A stretch of DNA of 64,000 bases from Porphyridium purpureum (lineage: Eukaryota). A program made the position numbers and the translations under genes. Where the stretch lies: NCBI GenBank assembly GCA_008690995.1, contig VRMN01000002.1:1364001-1428000 (forward strand), given 5' to 3'. The notes under the pieces are model-generated. The model made no database searches. It saw nothing but the letters and a program-made list of their open reading frames with translations, and had not been told where the DNA came from. This document shows positions 29,961 through 38,624 of this stretch, piece by piece; the first letter of the stretch is position 1; every line of letters starts with the position of its first letter.

Positions 29961-31064
29961 ATGTCACGGAGTCTTCGGCGCAGTGCGCCAAATGGCTTGA
30001 TGAATGAGGACCGAATTGAGCCCGTAAAAGTGGCGGATGCTGCGGGCGGTGGAGCGGTGCTGGGATCGGACGACAGCGAGTACGAGAAGGCCAGCAAGGA
30101 CACCGGCTTGAATTCAGGTGCGGGTGGTTCGGGCGTCGCGCCGCAGTCGCCGCGCAGCGTGGTGGGTTCCAATTTTGTGTCGCGCGGGGCGCGTGCCGTG
30201 AGGCAGACGGTCATCCGGACGCTCGAGGGTATTTCAATACAGGAGATATTGATCAGTTTCGCACCGGTTCTGGCATGGCTGATCTTGTACGCAGTGCTTG
30301 CGGGACAGATTCCCGGCTCAGTCAAGCCTCGAATCAATGTCACGGTTCTGCCCAAGATTGAGGCGCTGCTTTTGTATCCGCACAGATGGTTCAACCGTTC
30401 ACCACACACCGTTTTCGACGTGCTTGCGGCGCTGCCATACACTCTGCACCCCGTTTTGCCGCTAATCAACCTCGTCAGGGTTGTTGCGCGCTCCGGTGCA
30501 CGGCGTGGACTGGTATTTGCGCGCTGCTTTGGTACCATGTGCTTCTTGGGTGTTCTTACGCAGCTCGTGTTGCCTATCGCGCCGCCGTGGTACTTTGAAA
30601 AGTACGGATTTCAGCCAGCAGACTACAGCATGAAGGGCGACGCAGCCATGCTTGCTCGTGTAGATCGCCTCGCTGGAAACCAGCACTACCAGGGCATCTA
30701 CGGGCTTTCGGCAAACCCGATTGTGTTTGGCTCGTTCCCAAGCTTGCACGGTGCGTGGCCGTACTTGATTGCCGCGTTTGAGCCGTCGCCGGGCTGGCCC
30801 ATGTGGGCATATACCTTTTGGGTGTGGTGGGCTGCGTTGTATCTGCAACATCATTTCCTCACGGACTTGCTTGGTTCCGCAATTTACGCAGAGGTCGCGC
30901 TTTTCGTGCTCGGTGATCAAGGGCTCACTTTGGGAATGATTGTACAAAAATTTCGCGCGAGTCGCAACGGGTCCAACATCTACAGGCAAGTGAGGTCCGA
31001 AGAGGTCCCCGACCGGGAAGCGAACGGAATTTCCCGCACAAATAGTGTTGTCGCTGATGTATAA
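29961..31064 (+). CDS. AUR1: Aur1-type inositol phosphorylceramide synthase-like (PAP2_3 family)
   Basis: Aur1 domains: 'DVLAALPYTLH', 'QL..P.APPWY', 'A.YSMKG.AA.LARVD', 'FGSFPSLHGAW', 'WWAALYLQHHFLTDL'. Confidence 0.82.
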   Translation: MSRSLRRSAPNGLMNEDRIEPVKVADAAGGGAVLGSDDSEYEKASKDTGLNSGAGGSGVAPQSPRSVVGSNFVSRGARAVRQTVIRTLEGISIQEILISFAPVLAWLILYAVLAGQIPGSVKPRINVTVLPKIEALLLYPHRWFNRSPHTVFDVLAALPYTLHPVLPLINLVRVVARSGARRGLVFARCFGTMCFLGVLTQLVLPIAPPWYFEKYGFQPADYSMKGDAAMLARVDRLAGNQHYQGIYGLSANPIVFGSFPSLHGAWPYLIAAFEPSPGWPMWAYTFWVWWAALYLQHHFLTDLLGSAIYAEVALFVLGDQGLTLGMIVQKFRASRNGSNIYRQVRSEEVPDREANGISRTNSVVADV

Positions 31065-31362
31065 AGTTGGATGAGCGAAGCTGCCGACTCGAAGAGAAGG
31101 TCACTATTCCAGATATCTGGCTTCGACGTGCTTTCATGAGTTACCAAGGAAATAGTTTATCAAAAGGGCGCCAGCCGACGCACTGGGAAAAACAAAGGAG
31201 TGCACAAAACACGAAATTTGTGCTGAGCTAACATGTTCATCACAAACACAGATCCGTTCTCTGGCATCCTCCAGTCTCGTGCTAGATCGCGACGATACAG
31301 GACGAAAATGACAGGGAAGCGCGCCGTCTCGGTTTCCTGGTGCAGCGGGCCCGGCGCCACAT

Positions 31363-31824
31363 TTATAGACGACGTCCACGGCGGCCACCCTTCTTTCGCG
31401 TTCCGTCACACGGAATCGGAGTGCAGTCCTCGATTCTCCCGATCTTGAGGCCCGAGCGCGCAAGCGCACGCATCGCGCTCTGCGCGCCGGGGCCTGGCGT
31501 TTTCGTGCGCGAGCCTCCCGTGGCGCGCAGCTTGATGTGCACGGCCGATACGCCGAGTTCCTTCAGTCGTTCCGAGACCTTCTGCGCCGCCATCATGGCG
31601 GCGTATGGCGACGACTCATCACGATCCGCTTTCACCTCCATGCCTCCGGTGCGACGCACCAGCGTCTCCCGGCCGGACAGGTCCGTGACGTGGATGAACG
31701 TATCATTGAACGACGCGTAGATGTGCGCCACCCCAAAGCACTGCTCTCCTTCCCTAAGCACCGGACCCAACTTGTTGACAGCCGGTACGTCTGTCTCCGC
31801 TGCCGCCTTCCTCTTCGGCGCCAT
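31363..31824 (-). CDS. RPS14: 40S ribosomal protein S14 (uS11)
   Basis: '[25 protein letters not shown]', '[14 protein letters not shown]', '[25 protein letters not shown]', '[11 protein letters not shown]'. Confidence 0.98.
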   Translation of the reverse strand: MAPKRKAAAETDVPAVNKLGPVLREGEQCFGVAHIYASFNDTFIHVTDLSGRETLVRRTGGMEVKADRDESSPYAAMMAAQKVSERLKELGVSAVHIKLRATGGSRTKTPGPGAQSAMRALARSGLKIGRIEDCTPIPCDGTRKKGGRRGRRL

Positions 31825-32215
31825 TTTACCCACTCAAAGCGATGCACGCCTCCCCTCTTTCCCCCGCGCTTCTTCTTTCTCCCTTCCCCTCGTCAACCTC
31901 TCTTCCTCCCCGACGCCACTTCACCACGCTCTTCTCCACCTTTCGCCTAAGCTTTTGTGCTCTTCATACTAAAAGAAGCTTATTTGACTACAAACGCGCC
32001 GCCGTCGCCGAGACCCGAGCGGAGGCCAAGTGTACCTTGTATGTACTGTTTCCGGCTTTTTTAATATCATATTTGATGGTAATTAATAGCCTGAGAGTCA
32101 TTAAAATAACATAGCCGATAAACCGAATCCGTTTCCCGGTCCTGCATGGTTCGGAGACGGGCCAACCGTGGTAGGTGGCGAGACCGGAGAGCGCAGAAGG
32201 TTTGGTGACGGCACC

Positions 32216-33478
32216 ATGGACGAACAGATGTGCAGCGCGCAGGACGGGGACTCGCCGAAGACGGCCAGGGCAAAACCGTCGCGTAAACCGTTCTTGGTGA
32301 CGCTGAGTGGGCGTGCGTCGAGCGGTGTGCTGCCGCGGCTGATGGAAGTGGTCGCCGAGCACGGCGTCGAGCTGCTCGATCTACAGCAGATTACAGTGCG
32401 TGATCTGATCACCGTTTCAGCTTCACTTGGCGTGCAGCATGATGAGGCGTCCAGTACAGGCTTTGTGAAGGAGCTCCTGCTCGCCATGCACCCGCTCGCG
32501 ATCGACGTGCTGTTCGATGTGCAGCACGACAGCATGCATAATGCGCGTCATGTTGAGTTGGAAAAGGCAGTCATCACCGTCATTGCGCCTCGCTGCGTGC
32601 CGGCAAAGTTCCTTGCGCAGGTGACCGAGATTCTAGCGCAGCACAAAGCCAACATTCTGTCCATTAACCGCACCACCGAGCGCGGCGACGCTTTCGCCGG
32701 CTTTGAATTTATCGTGGCAATTTCCGTTTCAGACGGGGTGGGCAGCGGAGACAGCCTGGCTCGGGTCCGGTCCGACTTGCTTCGGCTCGAAAAGCTCGGA
32801 GATATTGCTGTGCAAAGGCACAATCTCGCACTGCGGTCCAAGCGTCTGGTAGTGTTTGATCTCAGCTGGACGCTTGTCAAAGGCGATGCCATTAACCTCT
32901 TGTGCGAGGCCGCGAAAGTACCGTATACAGCCGGGTCTGAGCTGGATGCTCGCGTGGCTGCACTCAAGGGCAAATCAGAAAAGGAGACCGTCGACGCGGC
33001 GCTTTCTCGCCTCGAATATACCGACGGCGCGGTCTTGCTGTGTGCTGCCCTCAAGCGGCTCGGGTACAAGCTCGCCGTCATATCATCCGGTGCGCAGGTG
33101 CTCGCTGATGCGGCAAAGTATACACTTGGGCTTGACTATTCGTACGGAAATCGGCTCAAACTTGACTCAAAGCGCGCGTTCACGGGGGAAATTGTGGAGC
33201 CGGTGATCAATGCCGAACGCAAAGCTGAGCTCTTAAACATGCTTGCGATGCAGGAAGGCATCGGGCTCGAGCAGGTCGTGGCTATCGGCGATGGTCCGGT
33301 GTCTGCTCAATTGTTATCCTCGGCCGGATTGTCTATATCATTCGACCAACCCACCAGCACAAACGCAGACCACGTTGGCGGCCGCATTTCCAGCAAGTCA
33401 TTGGAGACTGTGCTGTACTTGATGGGAGTGAACGGCCGCGATGTATACGCGATCATTGATGGGGAAAGTTCAAAGTGA
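32216..33478 (+). CDS. serB: ACT-ACT-HAD phosphoserine phosphatase (SerB)-like protein with degenerate active site
   Basis: Two ACT-like domains, then 'RLVVFDLSWTL', 'RVAALKG', 'LKRLGYKLAVISSG', 'LGLDYSYGNRL', 'AERKAELL...A..EGI.LEQVVAIGDG', 'L..VLYLMG'. Confidence 0.8.
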   Translation: MDEQMCSAQDGDSPKTARAKPSRKPFLVTLSGRASSGVLPRLMEVVAEHGVELLDLQQITVRDLITVSASLGVQHDEASSTGFVKELLLAMHPLAIDVLFDVQHDSMHNARHVELEKAVITVIAPRCVPAKFLAQVTEILAQHKANILSINRTTERGDAFAGFEFIVAISVSDGVGSGDSLARVRSDLLRLEKLGDIAVQRHNLALRSKRLVVFDLSWTLVKGDAINLLCEAAKVPYTAGSELDARVAALKGKSEKETVDAALSRLEYTDGAVLLCAALKRLGYKLAVISSGAQVLADAAKYTLGLDYSYGNRLKLDSKRAFTGEIVEPVINAERKAELLNMLAMQEGIGLEQVVAIGDGPVSAQLLSSAGLSISFDQPTSTNADHVGGRISSKSLETVLYLMGVNGRDVYAIIDGESSK

Positions 33479-33556
33479 ATAGGCATATGCAGTCCTAGTA
33501 AATGAGGAAGAAAGAGTCAGCGCAACCCGTGCCTTGCCCTTTGATCAATGCCACTT

Positions 33557-35103
33557 TCAAGATAGAAACGGAGCAACGACCTTTTGCAGGGCGCCTGGGC
33601 TCTGCACATGCGACAGGAGCAGGCCATAATTCGTGATCGGTACACCGAGTTCCTTGCAGTCTTCAATGCGCGCCTGCAACTTTTGGGAATCGATCATGCA
33701 CCCGCCGCAGTGAATGACAAGAGAGTAGCGTCGTAGCTCGTCATCAGGAAATTCTCGCCCAAACGCGTGCTCGATTATGATTTCCGGTTGATCAGAGCGG
33801 CCTTTCTTTCGAATGTGACGCGGAATCTGAACGGTTCCGATATCTTCACACACCTGTGTGATTCGATTATGGTTGCAAGCCTCGGCAACGAGCACACGGT
33901 CTCCACCCTCCAGCGAATCAAATGCGCGCAAGCCGGCTATGAAGCGGTCGAGATCAGCCCCTGCGTGGCTGAGCACGACAATTGAAAATGTTGTCAATGC
34001 AACATGCTGAAAGTCGGGCAGCGACAACCACGGGTACACGAGATCCATCGCTTGCGAGTCTGTCACTATCAGGTCCGGCTGCTCGCGAAGCACGCACTCT
34101 TGAAATCGGCTCCGCTCTTGCGCTTTGATGTAAAGGTCTCGAGACCTTCCTGCGGCAAGGTCCATGCGAAACGCAGACGTGGACGTATAATGAGACAAAG
34201 CAAACTCCTGGACGCTGTATGCGCCAAAAGCGAGAAGCAAATCAAATGCCATACGTTCGGGAAGGACACACAGTTAGATGGTCAGAATCGCCTACTTGAC
34301 ACGTCCATGCCTGATTCTTTCTTAAGCGATACGAAATTTCGCATCACAGCATCGGATGTAACGTACTTTGCCTGTGGCCGAAGCAGCCGCCCCGACGGCG
34401 TTTCAGCGTCCATTGGAATGTTCATTAGTAGACGCTTGTCCTTTCCCATGAATTTCAATGGCAACAAGGGAACCTGACTTGCTCGGCTTGCAGACACGTG
34501 CAGTCTCTCTAGAAACGCAACGAATGCATCGAAACCTTCTGGTCGCGTCGGATTTACGCGTGCTCTTGGAATGTCATTGAAGCGGCCTAGCTCTACAAAT
34601 CCAGAACCATGATGCTCATCAGACACATTTTCGATGAGTGCAACTTGTCTGTTTCTGGACCTTGCAATGTCCAGAATCTTACGAGTTCCGGGCTCCTGCA
34701 AGGCTTGCTCTGCGGTTTCAACATATGGTCTGTAAGCAATTAGAATCAGGTCGCACTCTTTCGCCACCTGCGCCGTCTTTCGCAGCTTCTTTGCTCCCAA
34801 ATCACCGCTCTCATCAAGTCCAGCCGTATCAAACACCTTGCAGGGCCCAATGCCATGCAGCTCCAGCAGGGTGACTTTTGTATCTGCCGTCGTACCTGCA
34901 GTGGCGTCCACAATCGATGTCTGCTGTTGCGTCAGAAAATTCATCAGCGTCGACTTTCCGGCGTTCATGCGTCCAAAGAATCCGAGATTCACGCGCTGAA
35001 TACCTCCGAGACTGGAGGCGTTCGCCGCGAACCGACGACACCATGTGCCTTTAGGTTGTGCCATGCGCGCAAAATGCAGCGCGCACATGATACGCTTGAC
35101 CAT
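33557..35103 (-). CDS. hydF: HydF-family [FeFe]-hydrogenase maturation GTPase, two exons (35103-34367, 34214-33557), about 464 aa
   Basis: Exon 1: 'GFFGRMNAGKSTLMN', 'SIVD..AGTTAD', 'GIGP..VFDTAGLDE.GDLG', 'IP.DAETPSGRLLRPQ'. Exon 2: 'PDLIVTDSQA', 'LTTFSI', 'GDRVLVAEACNH', 'DIGTVQIPR', 'LVIHCGGCMI', 'GVPITNYG'. A GT-AG intron joins the two frames. Confidence 0.9.
34215..34366 (-). other. Spliceosomal intron (152 nt, phase 2) in hydF
   Basis: Minus strand: AA|GTACGT donor, CTAAC branch point (34277-34273), ATACAG|C acceptor. Splicing gives ...RLLRPQA-N-VQEFAL... and a 1395-nt CDS. Confidence 0.85.
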
Positions 35104-35436
35104 TTTCAGTACAACAAGGCAACTCAATCCACATCCATCTCACCCGTTGTCACATTTACACACACCCACAGTGCTCGAGCAACTGACGAAAGACCAGCCG
35201 CCTGCTCCCTTCCACTGTACCCACGATTGACAATGTCCAGTACTGTACCTTCACGAAGATCAAAATATGCGCCGATAAACCGATAAACCGAGATGGCATT
35301 TGAACTCGCGGTGTTTGTGGGATGCGGCTGTGCGCGTGGGTGGGAGTTGAGCCATGAAGACGCTCCATGGAGAAAACTGGCGTCTGTGCGTTCAAGAAGG
35401 TTTTATGGATCAATGCGCGACGAGCCACCATGCTTG

Positions 35437-35463
35437 CAGCAGCAGCAGCAGCACCAGCAGCAG
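35437..35463. repeat. (CAG)n microsatellite, imperfect
   Basis: cagcagcagcagcagcaccagcagcag. Confidence 0.8.
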
Positions 35464-35814
35464 CTCGTCCACCTTGGCGTGCTTGGTTCCGCATTGGCAT
35501 TGTCCGGCAGTAGTGTGGATGCCTGATACGTGTGTGTGTGCAACCGCAAGCGGTCACTTTCTAGCGTTTTCGTTTTCGTCTTCACCGCGTTTACTATAAA
35601 AAACGCGTGTTTTGTTGTATTGCGTAATATTATTACAAAAGAGTGTGTTTCGCGCGGCAAGTAGGTGTCTATGAAATAGCTGCTTTCTGATAGTGTACAA
35701 TAACGAGCTCTGCCAGGCATGCTTTCATATTTAAACCCTAGAGCCTATCACCTCAAATCAGTCACCCGGTGTCTGCAAAAGGCTTGCGCACGTGGGTTTG
35801 GATGTGACGAAGGC

Positions 35815-37281
35815 ATGGACCCGCTCGACTGGGAGTGGGAGCGGTGACCGCTCGGGCATGCGGCGCGCGCCCGCGGAAACCTCCGTCTGCAGATGGGGGC
35901 TGTGGCGTTTCTGGCCGTGCTCCGAATTCTGACGGAAGAGGACGAAGTCAATGCGTGGGTTGTGAAGTGGCTGCACCCGCAGGACACATCGGGTCACAAG
36001 GCTTCCCAATGGCTCGAGCTGAGCCGTCGCGCGTCCACCGCGGATGATTCGTTTGCTTCTGGCTTCGACGTGAAAAATTGCTTTGATGATCATTTGGCAC
36101 CGCATGAAGTGACCTGCTTGCCGTTTCTTCCACAGGACGATGACTTGAAGAGCGCAGTGGTATGGGACTTTGACGTTGAGCACCTGAATCAGACATCTTG
36201 CGGTGCTATGATTTCGCTGTCGGATGGCAGGGCGAGCGAGAGTCGATTTTCTCACGGCGTGATGATGTCGAATACCTCAATGAACCCGCTACCGGTGGGG
36301 GTGTCTTTGCATCCGGGCCACCGCTACACTGCGTTTCGGACGCGATATGGCTTCGCGTATACTGCTGTGGGTTCATGCTCCGATGGTTCGACCTTCATCA
36401 CCCTGTATCGTCTGTGGGAAAACTTTAGATTCAAATTGGAGACTTTCAACACCACACGCATCGAGTTGCGTGCGAGACTCCTGAGCTATCCTGTTCTCGA
36501 GCGCTCGGGATTGTGCTTTCAGGCCTGTGCAACTGGAGCCTGTAAGTGCTGGCGGCTCATGTCCAGGCGGCGACAGGACCAAGAGCTTTCAGCAGCGTTG
36601 ACTTGGAGCGAATTTGTATCGCCCCTGATACGTTTTCTTTCGAAAGTCCCGGCGGAAATTGCCATCATGCGTTGCCAAGGCTTTCTAGGCAACGGACAGT
36701 TTGCTTTTCAGGTTTCGCTCGGTGCAGGATTTCAATCTATACGAGGTTCAAATTACCGAAAAATGTCACATCTGAAGTTTTTGTTTCTTGATCGCTTGAC
36801 GACGGTATCTTCCATGCGGCATATTCGGACATTACCCCTATGGTCCCCAGACAGAGGGTCCAAGCCCAACCCAGCCAGAAACGGATCACTTTGCGCAAAG
36901 CCCACCTGGGTGGAAGAGCACGTCGAAGGTTTATTGGGTTTGGCGTCGGGATGCGCTTTGGAGTCTTCAGGATGACATTCGCCACGTGAGAATGGGCACG
37001 TGCTTGATGGTGTTGGGTCGCGCTCGAACCAGTGCGTGTGCGGGAAGGTTTTTGGCAGGTCGAGTGATCTCCGTCGTCACATCAAGACGATTCATGATTG
37101 TGAGCGAAGCTTTCTGTGCGAGATGTGTGCGCGCGTCTTCACACAGGCATCGCATCTGCAGACGCATGTGCGCGTGGTGCACGAAAAGCGGCGAGATTTT
37201 CGGTGCGATGTATGCCTCGCTACATTCGCGGTCTCCAGTAACTGGGAGCGCCACATGCGTATCATGCATCCAGCGCTTTGA
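35815..37281 (+). pseudogene. C2H2 zinc-finger gene (unknown N-terminal domain plus 3 fingers) interrupted by two in-frame TGA codons
   Basis: ATG 35815, ORF 35893..36975 and finger ORF 37000..37281 all share one frame, with TGA at 35845 and 36973. Fingers: C.C..F.RSSDL.RH...IH; C..C...F....HL..H...VH; C..C...F......RH...MH. Confidence 0.55.
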
Positions 37282-37713
37282 ACCGCGTGCGGGCTGGCCG
37301 GCCTCGCCAAAGTGAAGCTATGTACCACGCTAGGACTACGTTGGATTCAGAAGGTAAAAGTGCTTCGCGCCCGCGCAATGGAGCTTGCCCACGATGGATT
37401 TCGCTGTTCGACCGCGTCCTGCCTTTCCGCGGAAGGTTTTCTGGAAAGCCCAGCTGACCTTCAACAGGCATCCATGCATGTCGCCCAACAGGCAGCGGTT
37501 CTGCATCAGAGACCAAATGAAAACCACAAAAGGACAGCTCGATGTTTCTTTTTGACTCATCAGCCGCAGGATTTCCGAGGCTTTTTCTCCAAGTGGAGTT
37601 TAAAGTTGAGCGGTGCGTAGCTCTTGATGCGGTCGACGTACGGCGTGACAGATTGGATCAAAAGACGAACTCCCGCGATTGTCGCGCGCGACGCGTCGTC
37701 GTCGAACGCGTCC

Positions 37714-38424
37714 ATGAGTGGGAAGTCGCAAGAGCAGCGCGTCTTACGCGAGCTGCGCGAGCGGCGGATTCGCGGCGTCGCTTTCGATTGGGACCTCACG
37801 GCGTACTGCTTCCACTCGGGCGGCCGGTTGCGCGGTTCGCGGCAAGAACAGGATGAGAGGCTGACTCACGGTATGTCGTCCGATTTTCGCGCCTTGTTTA
37901 ATGCCTTGCTCACGGCAAGGGCCTCGTGCGCTTCCGTCAGAGATCAAGATAAAGCTCTGAAACTGGGCCAAGGCGCTGACGCTGCAGCGCAGCTGCCAGA
38001 ATTTAAGCTCGCAATCTTGACCCATTCAGATCCGCAGCATGCGAGTTGGGCAAAAGCGGATCCACAGACTGGGGATCCCGCTCTGGGCGGCGAAAGCATG
38101 GTCCGCCGTGGGCTGCAGCTGAACTTTGGCGAAACAAACGGTGCGGACCTTGACGCTGTGGTGGTAGTAGCATTGTATCCGTCGCTGTACCAGAAAAAGG
38201 AAGAATATGAGTCAATAGGGCTGACGCAACCACCGCCGCCGGGGAAGCAGTTCCATTTGCAGACCTTTCGCGCTGCGCATGGGTTGGAGCCAGGCGAAAT
38301 TGTGCTTATCGACGACGATATGACCAACGTGGAGCAAGCTCGACGGCTCGGATATCATGCTGTGCTTGTGCGCGGCCAAGGCTTTGTTTTTGAGGATTTT
38401 TTTGACGCGTTCTTCATGCTCTGA
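37714..38424 (+). CDS. HAD-superfamily hydrolase-like protein
   Basis: Motif I 'VAFDWDLT', motif II 'AILTHSD', Lys in 'GKQFH', motif IV 'IVLIDDD.TNV..AR.LGY.A'. Likely ATG at 37714. Confidence 0.7.
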   Translation: MSGKSQEQRVLRELRERRIRGVAFDWDLTAYCFHSGGRLRGSRQEQDERLTHGMSSDFRALFNALLTARASCASVRDQDKALKLGQGADAAAQLPEFKLAILTHSDPQHASWAKADPQTGDPALGGESMVRRGLQLNFGETNGADLDAVVVVALYPSLYQKKEEYESIGLTQPPPPGKQFHLQTFRAAHGLEPGEIVLIDDDMTNVEQARRLGYHAVLVRGQGFVFEDFFDAFFML

Positions 38425-38624
38425 CAAAAGTTCGTCGGTGTGCTGGAAACGAATCGATGTAAATTTATGCGCCCTCCTGAGATTGGTCCTTCTCTTCGAA
38501 GGCTTGAAACACGCAAGAAAGACCGCAATAAGCAGGCACGGGAGAAGAACTCAACGGAGAAAATAAGTATTTTTATTATGATTGTAAGGGCATCCCGTCC
38601 AAAAGCAACACTCTGCGTGGTTGC

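Noticed and set aside
31363..31824. Cys substitutions in the RPS14 C-terminus ([10 protein letters not shown])
   Set aside because: Minor lineage variation in an otherwise canonical protein.
35845..36975. Selenocysteine or alternative genetic code explanation for the in-frame TGAs
   Set aside because: TGA terminates many genuine genes in this window (e.g. 3091, 5444, 8173), no SECIS was recognised, and the contexts are not redox motifs.
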